A stretch of DNA of 64,000 nt from Thermoplasmata archaeon. GTDB lineage: Archaea; Thermoplasmatota; Thermoplasmata; Lutacidiplasmatales; UBA184. The translations under genes and the position numbers were made by a program. Position 1 is the stretch's first letter, and every line of letters begins with the position of its first letter. The stretch lies in the NCBI GenBank assembly GCA_035625165.1, contig DASPQC010000003.1:2101-66100 (forward strand), given 5' to 3'. Shown here piece after piece: positions 34,487 through 41,209 of this stretch. The notes beneath the pieces are model-generated. The model did no database searches and was not told where the DNA came from. It worked only from the letters and a program-made list of their open reading frames with translations.

Positions 34487-36079
34487 CTAGTGCACGACGA
34501 TCGAGTACCCATCCCAGATGAGCGCCACCACGGTCCCGCTGGACGTGACCGTGAGGACGTCGATCATCGTGTACGTCCCCGCGACCGTGGGAACCCACCG
34601 GGTCTTCGACCCGACCGGGTCGACCACGACAGAAGAACCGGAGTTCACCGTCGTGGCACCGACCGAGTAGCTGTACGACTTACCGCTCGAGTTTGCGTAG
34701 ACCATCCCCGAGAAGGAGAGCGAGGCCGGCGCGCCGGTGCCTGTCCAGTTGTCCCAGACCGTGATGTTGAGGTACGGGCAGTACGGGGAGGCGGTCGCCG
34801 AGCACCCGCCCACGCCACCGCTGTGGGTGAAGGTGGTCGTGGGGACCGTGTAGACCTCGGTCTGGACCAGGTTGGCCGTCTTGAAGAGGGTTGAGCCCGA
34901 CGCGCTCCCGACCCCGGTGACGGTTGCCGAGGCCGTGACCAGAATGGTCGAGTTGAGGATCCATCCACTGTACGTGAGCGGGGTGGCGCTGTAGATCGTG
35001 ACAGACGATGGCCCCGTGATAGTGTACCCCGTCGCGCCGGCGAGGCTGACCGATTGCGGCTTCCACGGGCCGCCCACGGTCTGATTCACCCAGAAGGTGG
35101 CGGTCACCGGTTCGCCCGCGAGTGACCCGAGATAGGTCACGACCGCCGCAAAGTACCCGCTCGTGCCGGGGAGCACGGGGGGCTGCGGGATCATGACCAG
35201 GGAAACGGAAAGGACGGCGCCCGTCGTCAGCTTGTTCGCGATAGTGATCGTGACCTGGGCCGTCGTGTTCTGACCGGCGCCTCCCGCGGTAATGAACCCG
35301 TAGAACGTGCCCGACGTGTTGGTCGCACTGGCCGGGACCGTGTAGGTCCAGAGACCCTGAGCGTTCAGCGACATCGATTGAGAGACTGCAGAAAGGCCTG
35401 GAACCCCGCCCAGGTTCACGTAGACCGAGCCCGCCGTCACGGTGCCCGTGATCACGGCCCAGACTTGGAAGGTCGCTCCGAGGTAGGGCGACGCCGGGTT
35501 GGTGCCCGTCTGGGTAATGGTCGGTCCGACGGAGATAGCTAGACCGGGCAGGATCACACTGAAGTAGAGCTGGGTCGGCGAGACGATGAAGACCGTGATG
35601 TTGTCGGGGAGCGTCGGTTGCTGGTGGATCGGGAAGTAGTAGATCCATGTCTGCCCGAGATTCCAGGAACTCGCGTTGTTGATCCCCCAGGCCACGGGGA
35701 TCGGGGTTTGGAACTCCGGGGCGGTCGGGTTGCGTGCGGACTTGAAGTAGACCAGCAGGTTTCCGCCAGCGCCGGGGAGCGATGGCCCGGTCAGATGGAG
35801 GATCGAGATCCCCTTCAGTGAGGTCCCGTTCGAGGTCTTGATCAGGGCGGCTTGGAAGGAGTTCGAGTTCTGGGGAGGAGGGGATGGGAAGGTCGTCACC
35901 CATGCAAAGATCGAAGCGAACAAGGTTACCGTGAGGGCGAGGAGGATGATCGTCGCGACCACATCGGAAACTCCTCGCTGACGCGAGCGGAACCGGAGCG
36001 GGGCAAGTCGTCCCCTTGGGGTGTTCGAAAAGAGGAAGCCCGCGGCAGGGCGATGGCGGTTGACGCGCATATCGCCCAT
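34487..36079 (-). CDS. Large (530 aa) archaeal type-IV-pilin-like surface protein (class III signal peptide)
   Basis: ...RSRQRG|VSDVVATIILLALTVTLFASIFAWV is a basic leader, G/V cleavage context and hydrophobic helix (archaeal pilin/flagellin N-terminal type). The remainder is Thr/Ser/Gly/Val-rich beta sequence with many sequons (NGT, NAS, NIT, NTS, NTT, NQT, NST, NWT, NSS). Confidence 0.75.
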   Translation of the reverse strand: MGDMRVNRHRPAAGFLFSNTPRGRLAPLRFRSRQRGVSDVVATIILLALTVTLFASIFAWVTTFPSPPPQNSNSFQAALIKTSNGTSLKGISILHLTGPSLPGAGGNLLVYFKSARNPTAPEFQTPIPVAWGINNASSWNLGQTWIYYFPIHQQPTLPDNITVFIVSPTQLYFSVILPGLAISVGPTITQTGTNPASPYLGATFQVWAVITGTVTAGSVYVNLGGVPGLSAVSQSMSLNAQGLWTYTVPASATNTSGTFYGFITAGGAGQNTTAQVTITIANKLTTGAVLSVSLVMIPQPPVLPGTSGYFAAVVTYLGSLAGEPVTATFWVNQTVGGPWKPQSVSLAGATGYTITGPSSVTIYSATPLTYSGWILNSTILVTASATVTGVGSASGSTLFKTANLVQTEVYTVPTTTFTHSGGVGGCSATASPYCPYLNITVWDNWTGTGAPASLSFSGMVYANSSGKSYSYSVGATTVNSGSSVVVDPVGSKTRWVPTVAGTYTMIDVLTVTSSGTVVALIWDGYSIVVH

Positions 36080-36170
36080 TAATCAGCAGGGGAGGCCTAT
36101 TTAGTCGTTTGCGGAAGGCTGACCGATTTCGGTTTCTCCGCACCGAGCTGGGTGTGGGATACTCACACCT

Positions 36171-36213
36171 CTCGAAACAAGTCCCCGAAACCCCCTTGCC
36201 CTCACGGGCAGGG
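36171..36213 (-). terminator. Possible terminator: bulged GC hairpin with GTGA loop followed by T-rich tract
   Basis: The minus strand reads CCCTGCCC-GTGA-GGGCAAGGG then GGTTTCGGGGACTTGTTTCG, about 55 nt after the stop of the 205-aa pilin gene. Sequence inspection only. Confidence 0.25.
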
Positions 36214-36267
36214 AGGTTTCCGAGGTGGGGAAAGGGTTAGTCTCGTGTCTCAGAGCGACTGCGCTGT

Positions 36268-36885
36268 CTACGGGAGGCTGGCGGGCGCAGTGTTGCCCGA
36301 GTAGGACCCCGTGCCGATCGCGATGAGCGAATAGCCGAGACCCGTGGTGGCCGTGGTCGTCCCCATGTCCACGATGACGTTGAACACGTTCGTGAGGGGA
36401 GTGGCCGACGTGTAGGTTCCCGTCGTGGTGCAGACCGCGCTCATCACCAGGGCCGTGGTCGCCGCGATGGCCGAGTAGCAGGCCGGAGTGCCTCCCGCGA
36501 GCGGCTCAACGGCGAACCCGCCCGCGTTCGCGCCGGTCGACACGACACCGCCCGCGGCTGTCTTGACCTCAAACAACACACTGCCGAGCGAGACCGTTGA
36601 AGTCTCGACCGTCAGGGTGTAGATGAAGTCGCCCTGCGTGCAGCCCTTGGTAGCGACAGTTCCACCGGCTCCGACGGAACACGTGGAACTAACCGCAGCT
36701 CCCATGCTGAACGCCGACCCGATCGGTGTGGACCCGGGTCCGTGCGTCAGCCCAGAGATCAGCACGTAGAGCACAGCGGCCAGCACGACCGTAATCGCGA
36801 CCAGTAGAATCGTCGCGATGATCGGCGATACCCCGCGCTTCCGCGCTTTTCTCCAGCTTCGCTCTCGCTTGCCGAATACGTTCAT
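36268..36885 (-). CDS. Archaeal type-IV pilin-like protein (class III signal peptide), 205 aa
   Basis: MNVFGKRERSWRKARKRG|VSPIIATILLVAITVVLAAVLYVLISGL is a canonical archaeal prepilin N-terminus. The C-terminal globular part is Thr/Gly/Ala-rich and contains cysteines. Confidence 0.8.
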   Translation of the reverse strand: MNVFGKRERSWRKARKRGVSPIIATILLVAITVVLAAVLYVLISGLTHGPGSTPIGSAFSMGAAVSSTCSVGAGGTVATKGCTQGDFIYTLTVETSTVSLGSVLFEVKTAAGGVVSTGANAGGFAVEPLAGGTPACYSAIAATTALVMSAVCTTTGTYTSATPLTNVFNVIVDMGTTTATTGLGYSLIAIGTGSYSGNTAPASLP

Positions 36886-36990
36886 TCGCTTCTTCCTCCG
36901 ATGGGTCGGATGACCCGCGGGTGTCGCTATGCGCGAGCACCGGTATATGAAGCCCTATGGTTCATCAGCCGGCAACAAGCGAACTGTAAT

Positions 36991-37004
36991 ACGTCAATTG
37001 ACGT
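36991..37004. repeat. Perfect 14-bp palindrome ACGTCAATTGACGT, with ACGTCA(AT) half-sites at 37040-37047 and 37390-37395 and CGTCA inside the inverted repeat GAACCGTCAGGTTC at 37107-37120
   Basis: Read directly from the sequence. All copies lie inside the ~575-bp spacer between the divergent pilin and RHH genes. Confidence 0.7.
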
Positions 37005-37359
37005 GATACACACTAATGCGCATAGTGACACACCTCCGCACGTCAATGCGGCGCACGCGGGGGGAGGGCCCTCGGCCGATGCTGCGCTCGTTTTCGGTCC
37101 GGAAACGAACCGTCAGGTTCAAAAACTATTGTCTCGGCAAGCAACGGGGCGTTTTGGGGTCGAACAGTGCGAGCAGTTTCGCCCACCGCCCAGTCGCATT
37201 GGACCAGGCGGGAACGGCATCTCAGCTACCGAGCCGGACCCGCCCGATCTCCCTCAGTAGGAAGCCGCGGAGCCGAGAGATCGAGCGCAAACGGCGTAGC
37301 CACGAACGATTACGTGTACGCAGAGGGAAGTTATACTCAGTGAATGGGACACTTGCGGA

Positions 37360-37389
37360 GCGTTCGACGCGATCGCGGTTGCGTTCGAC
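37360..37389 (+). repeat. Direct repeat GCGTTCGAC x2 (37360-37368 and 37381-37389, 21-bp register) flanking the palindrome CGCGATCGCG (37368-37377)
   Basis: Read directly. Further GTTCGAC copies lie at 37489-37495 and, inverted as GTCGAAC, at 37159-37165. Confidence 0.7.
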
Positions 37390-37450
37390 ACGTCAGAAAT
37401 TCCACACGATAAGTGTGCTGGCCAGAAAGCGAGAGAGTCGCGTGCTCCGG

Positions 37451-37458
37451 TTTAAGTA
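37451..37458 (+). promoter_or_regulatory. TATA-like box (TTTAAGTA) for the RHH / FtsZ-like unit
   Basis: AT-rich octamer. If it is used, the transcript would start near 37480, which favours in-frame GTG 37487 over GTG 37460 as the start codon. Confidence 0.35.
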
Positions 37459-37459
37459 G

Positions 37460-37987
37460 GTGAAACTAACATCCCTTTGCTCGACTGTGTTCGACAACGC
37501 TCCGAAAGGGAAACCGGACCGCGCTCGCGAGCCGGAGGTACCTCGGGAGACCGCCGAGGACGCGCGCATCGCCCTACGGTGCAACCGCAAGGAGCTCCAG
37601 CTGGTCGACTCGTTCGTGGCAAGCGGCGAGTTCACGACCCGCTCCGAGCTCATGCGGGCGGCGCTGCATGCGTTCCTGCAGTCCCGGGCGCTGTCGACGG
37701 CCCCCACTCCCCCTGTGGACGCCGAGGGCTTCATCGAGGTCCCCGTGCGCCTGCGACCGGAGGAGTACGCCGACCTCGAGGCCTACGCCCGGTTGGTCGC
37801 GAACGGCCGGAAGGCGAGCGACGTGCTCGCCGAGTTCGTCCGCCGCGGCGAGATCGAGCTCAAGGCCCGGGAGCTCGCGCAGCGTGCGCGGGCCTCCGTC
37901 CGCGAGGCGGTCGAGACCCGCACCCAGGTCGGCGAGCTCGTCCAAAGCGGCAAGGAGCTGGAGCGGAAAGGGGTCGTCGGGCGGTAG
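37460..37987 (+). CDS. Ribbon-helix-helix (CopG/Arc/MetJ-type) DNA-binding protein with a second RHH-like repeat and C-terminal coiled coil
   Basis: RHH-1 is ARIALRCNRKELQLVDSFVASGEFTTRSELMRAALHAFL. A second similar unit is IEVPVRLRPEEYADLEAYARLVANGRKASDVLAEFVRRG. The charged heptad-like tail is IELKARELAQRARASVREAVETRTQVGELVQSGKELERKG. Start is uncertain (37460 or 37487). Confidence 0.7.
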   Translation: MKLTSLCSTVFDNAPKGKPDRAREPEVPRETAEDARIALRCNRKELQLVDSFVASGEFTTRSELMRAALHAFLQSRALSTAPTPPVDAEGFIEVPVRLRPEEYADLEAYARLVANGRKASDVLAEFVRRGEIELKARELAQRARASVREAVETRTQVGELVQSGKELERKGVVGR

Positions 37988-38020
37988 GAGGAGCATGCCG
38001 AACGTGGTCGAGGGGGGGTT

Positions 38021-38941
38021 GTGGGGACCTACGAGGCCGAGCGCGCGAACGGAGAACGACCAGTAACGCAGTCGAACGGCGGACCCAGAGAGGACGCGTG
38101 GCCCGCCCACCTGCGGCTGGGCCAGGAGGTCCGGGTCGTCCTCGCGGCCGTCGGGGGCGGAGCCATCCGCATCGGCGCGGAGATCGCGCGCCGTCACATT
38201 CGTCACCTGGAAACGGTCGCCATCAACTGCGACCCGAAGGTCCAGTCCTACGAGGAGTTCGACCGGAGGGTGTACCTAGGCCCTGATACCGGCACCGAAG
38301 GAGATACCGGCGGCTCTCCCGTCGTCGGGGGTACTCTCGCCGGAGCGGCCGAGCCAGCCCTCGAGCGAATCTTCCGCGGCGCGACCTTCGTGATCCTCGT
38401 GGGAAGCCTCGGCGGAGGCGCGGGCAGCGGCGCCCTCCCGTACATCCTCGAGGTGGCGAGCCGGAATGCCGAGGTCGTGAGCGTCTTCGTGGTGAAGCCG
38501 TTCCGATGCGAGGGCGACCGACGTGCGCTCGCGGACCGGGCCATCGGCCGACTGCATCTGATTTCGGCCTTCGTCGAGAAGCGGGAGCGCGGGCGGGCGA
38601 CCTTCCAGACGCTCGACAACGAGAGCCTGGTCGCGACCCAGGCCCACCTTGCCTTCTCGCGGGTGACGGCCCACTGGGCCCACGTCATCGAGACCCACAT
38701 CCAGCGGTCCTACCTGGACCCGGCCGAAGCGATGATCGAGGCTGCGCATGCGGCAGAGATTTCAATGCTCGCGGAGGCGACGGTCACGGAGCCCCCGGCC
38801 GTCTTTGCCCCGCCCGAATCCCCGCTCCCCGCCCCACCCGTCCCTCTGCCCCCCTTGGTTCCGGCCGCCCCAGCGACGGGGGCCGAAGTGGAGCTGACCT
38901 TCGAGGTCGTGCCCGAGGCCCGGTCCCCCTCTGCGTCCTAA
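38021..38941 (+). CDS. FtsZ/tubulin-superfamily GTPase, N-terminal domain only, with Pro-rich tail
   Basis: It aligns by eye to the FtsZ N-domain. Matches are VVLAAVGGGAIRIG (G1/T1), ETVAINCD (cf. VAINTD), FVILVGSLGGGAGSGALP (T4 GGGTGSG signature) and VVKPFRCEGDRR (cf. PFxFEGxxR). Further matches are LDNESL (cf. IPNDxL), LAF... (H7) and YLDPAEAM (cf. T7 NVDFADV). About 75 Pro/Ala-rich residues then end in AEVELTFEVVPE, and no FtsZ C-terminal domain is present. Confidence 0.8.
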   Translation: MGTYEAERANGERPVTQSNGGPREDAWPAHLRLGQEVRVVLAAVGGGAIRIGAEIARRHIRHLETVAINCDPKVQSYEEFDRRVYLGPDTGTEGDTGGSPVVGGTLAGAAEPALERIFRGATFVILVGSLGGGAGSGALPYILEVASRNAEVVSVFVVKPFRCEGDRRALADRAIGRLHLISAFVEKRERGRATFQTLDNESLVATQAHLAFSRVTAHWAHVIETHIQRSYLDPAEAMIEAAHAAEISMLAEATVTEPPAVFAPPESPLPAPPVPLPPLVPAAPATGAEVELTFEVVPEARSPSAS

Positions 38942-39005
38942 CCCTTTCCCGGGCGAGCGCCGGCCTCCTTGGGCGCTCGCCCCTTAATGTTAAGACGGGG
39001 GTCGT

Positions 39006-39188
39006 TTGCGTCCAAGGGCGATGAACGGTCGGCTCGCGACGGTCCTCTTGACGCTCGTGCTGCCGGCCGCCCTCATCGGAGTGACGATCTACCGATTCGC
39101 GTCAAACCCAATCGCGATCCTCGTCCTGGTCGCGGTCATGGTTGGCGGCAGCTTCTACCTCTTGACCTACCAAGAGACGTTCGCGTAG
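39006..39188 (+). CDS. Hypothetical 60-aa two-TM membrane protein
   Basis: Two hydrophobic helices (LATVLLTLVLPAALIGVTIY and IAILVLVAVMVGGSFYLL). Co-directional, 64 nt after the FtsZ-like gene. Confidence 0.4.
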   Translation: MRPRAMNGRLATVLLTLVLPAALIGVTIYRFASNPIAILVLVAVMVGGSFYLLTYQETFA

Positions 39189-39232
39189 CCCGCGGGCCTC
39201 CCCTGGCTCCCGCCTGGACGAGCCTCGGCTGC

Positions 39233-40057
39233 TCAGCGGTACATTTCGCCGACCGGAGTGGTGGGGGTCTCCGGGTGCGCCTGCCGGTGGGCCTTCAGGG
39301 CGGCGCGGAGGGCCTTCTCGATCTCCTCCGCCTGCGCGCGCAGGGGGCCGGTGTCGATCTTAATCTCGGGGAGCAGACGGTCGAGGGTTTCGATCAGCGC
39401 CGCGGCTGCCCGATGGTCGGGTAGTCCCTCGGCGAGCCGTGTGCTCACCAGCAGGACCGCGACCGGGATTGTCCGGCCGATCCCCTGCACCAGGAGGGAG
39501 CCGGACACCCCCCCGATCACGCCGTCCTCGAGCGCCCGCGCGCGGGTCGGCTCAAAGGCCTTGAGCACGCCCGCATCCCGCCGGGAGTAGGCGACCCATA
39601 CCTGCTCGGGGGCCGCGTCGGTCCGGGCCTCGGCCGTGGGCTCGGCCGAGCCTTCCGCACCACCGCCCTCCGACTCCTCTTCCTCGGTGATGGGGTGGGG
39701 TACGACTCCTTCGAGCCCGACGATCAGGCGGACCTTCCGGCGCTCGGCATTGTCCAGGATCGTCTTCGCGATCGCGTTCGCTTGGGCCGGGGAAGGAGGG
39801 AACTCCGAGATCACCAGTCCCACGTTTCCGCGCCCGTAGACCCGGACCGCCGGGTGGACGATGCCACCCTGAATGACCGCGATCGGGGAGAGGTCGGGGG
39901 ACTCGAACCGGCCGACGCGCGGGAGCGTGAGCGAGCGCACCATGTAGTGCCCGGCGACAATCGATGCGAGGCCTGCGCTCGGGAACGCCGTGATCATCAC
40001 GGACCCGGGGCTGGGACCCACGCTGGACGGACCTTCCTCGCGCCAGACGAACTCCAT
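39233..40057 (-). CDS. PAC2-family proteasome assembly chaperone (PbaA/PbaB-like)
   Basis: VMITAFPSAGLASIVAGHYMV... and LIVGLEGV match the PAC2 core. The C-terminus ...GEMYR is an HbYX motif (M-Y-R). Start set at ATG 40057, and the 645-aa track ORF is upstream read-through. Confidence 0.75.
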   Translation of the reverse strand: MEFVWREEGPSSVGPSPGSVMITAFPSAGLASIVAGHYMVRSLTLPRVGRFESPDLSPIAVIQGGIVHPAVRVYGRGNVGLVISEFPPSPAQANAIAKTILDNAERRKVRLIVGLEGVVPHPITEEEESEGGGAEGSAEPTAEARTDAAPEQVWVAYSRRDAGVLKAFEPTRARALEDGVIGGVSGSLLVQGIGRTIPVAVLLVSTRLAEGLPDHRAAAALIETLDRLLPEIKIDTGPLRAQAEEIEKALRAALKAHRQAHPETPTTPVGEMYR

Positions 40058-40174
40058 TGGTGGCCACCGCGGGACCGATGACGCTGCTCCTAAAGAGCGT
40101 CGGGGTTCACTCGCCGCGCTCCGGCGGCCTCGCGCGACGCCAAACCCAAGTACTCTTCCCCGCTCCTCGGCGAC

Positions 40175-41209
40175 GTGGGGCTCCCACTCAAGGACCTCGT
40201 GACGGCACAGGAGCTGCCGTGGGAGGCGCTCGCGGGTCGCACGCTCGCGGTCGACGGGTACAACGCCGCCTATCAGTTCCTCGCGACCATCCGACAGCGG
40301 GACGGCCAGCTGTTCTCCGACCCGGACGGGCGAGTGACGAGCCACCTTATGGGCGTCTTCTACCGGACGACGGCCCTCCTGAGGGAGGGAGTACTGCCGG
40401 TCTGGGTCTTCGATGGGCGACCGCCGGAGCGGAAGGCCGGCACCATCCGTGCCCGAATCGCCGCCAAGGAACGGGCGGAAGGGGAGTGGCAGGCGGCACT
40501 GGCCGTGGGGGACCTCGAGACCGCCCGGCGCAAGGCCGCGCAGACCTCCCGCCTCACGCGCGAGATGGTCGAGGAGCTCAAGGAGCTGCTCGGGGCACTC
40601 GGTGTGCCGGCGCTTCAGGCCCCCGGGGAAGGGGAGGCCCAGGCCGCCCAGATGGCCGCGCGGGGAGCGGTCTGGGCGAGCGCGTCGGAGGACTACGACA
40701 GCCTTCTGTTCGGCGCTCCTCGCCTCGTTCGCGGACTGGCGGCTCGCGGCCGCGCGGGCACGAGCCCCGGGGCCCAGCTGGTCGTGCGAGAGGACCTGCT
40801 CGCGACTCTCGGCATCGACGGGGAGGAACTCATCCTCCTCGGCATCATCGTCGGCACGGACTTCAACGACGGCGTGCGAGGGTACGGTCCGAAGAAGGCG
40901 TTGAAGCTCGTGAAGGACCACCTGGGATTCGAGGCGACCGTGAAGAAGGTCGGCCTCGACCTCGCCGAGTCGACCGAGGTCGCGGAGATCTTCCGTCATC
41001 CCAGCGCCGCCGAGATGCCGGCGCCATCGTTCGGGCCGGTGGACGAGGCGAAGGTGCTGAAGGTCCTCGTGGAAGGACACGGGTTCGCGGAGGCTCGGGT
41101 CCGGGCGGCGATCGCCCGGGCCCGGCAGCGTCCCTCCTCCGGCGCGACGCCGGCCGAGACCCGCGGACACCAGACCCTTCTCGAGACGTTCGGAGGTTCC
41201 CCTCCATGA
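40175..41209 (+). CDS. fen: Flap endonuclease 1
   Basis: LAVDGYNAAYQFL, VWVFDGRPPERK, GEGEAQAAQMA, EDYDSLLFGAP, GTDFN. C-terminal PIP-like tail QTLLETF. Confidence 0.92.
   Translation: MGLPLKDLVTAQELPWEALAGRTLAVDGYNAAYQFLATIRQRDGQLFSDPDGRVTSHLMGVFYRTTALLREGVLPVWVFDGRPPERKAGTIRARIAAKERAEGEWQAALAVGDLETARRKAAQTSRLTREMVEELKELLGALGVPALQAPGEGEAQAAQMAARGAVWASASEDYDSLLFGAPRLVRGLAARGRAGTSPGAQLVVREDLLATLGIDGEELILLGIIVGTDFNDGVRGYGPKKALKLVKDHLGFEATVKKVGLDLAESTEVAEIFRHPSAAEMPAPSFGPVDEAKVLKVLVEGHGFAEARVRAAIARARQRPSSGATPAETRGHQTLLETFGGSPP

Noticed and set aside
36151-36169. The hairpin GGTGTG-GGATACT-CACACC as a tRNA anticodon arm or small RNA.
   Set aside because: There is no surrounding acceptor, D or T-arm complementarity and no GTTCGAATC-like T-loop. 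The loop lacks the U33/purine-37 pattern. It is more likely an intergenic structural or terminator-type hairpin, or chance.
36217-36233. TTTCCGAGGTGGGGAAA (and the near-palindrome CGTTTTCGGTCCGGAAACG at about 37089-37107) as origin-recognition-box (ORB)-like elements of an archaeal oriC.
   Set aside because: The resemblance to the TTCCAGTGGAAAC-type ORB core is only loose. There is no orc1/cdc6 gene in the window and no long AT-rich unwinding element. The first site lies between two co-directional pilin genes.
36901-37459. ORFs inside the long spacer (36901-37260, 119 aa; 37016-37459, 147 aa, extremely basic) and the antisense ORF 37393-37734.
   Set aside because: They have no family resemblance, atypical composition for this genome (low GC3, Arg/Ser-rich), and mutual overlap. 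I treat the region as non-coding, but a small basic protein cannot be excluded without conservation or expression data.
36886-37459. The GC-poorer island as a mobile-element or prophage remnant or integration scar.
   Set aside because: There is no integrase, transposase or tRNA gene nearby. I could find no flanking direct repeats or terminal inverted repeats. Only ~0.6 kb deviates in composition.
38021-39232. The FtsZ-like gene as a frameshifted pseudogene of a full-length ftsZ.
   Set aside because: The other forward frames downstream (e.g. 38506-39024) translate to Arg/Pro/Gly junk with nothing resembling the FtsZ C-terminal domain. The in-frame tail looks like a genuine Pro-rich linker plus terminal peptide. 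Truncation by an older deletion cannot be excluded without homologues.
40058-41170. N-terminal extensions of track ORFs: 39233-41170 (PAC2), 40057-42681 (FTCD), 10543-12063 (Kae1), 31936-33408 (ApgM), 2080-3294 (ABC ATPase), 3078-5276 (CopA), 44876-46339 (PriS), 50972-51865 (GNAT), 56736-57716 (NuoK), 61243-63927 (GGR) and 52478-53326 (NuoB).
   Set aside because: The extensions run through neighbouring genes or promoter regions and are compositionally junk. Internal ATG/GTG starts coincide with the family-typical N-termini, TATA-like boxes, SD sites or stop/start overlaps.
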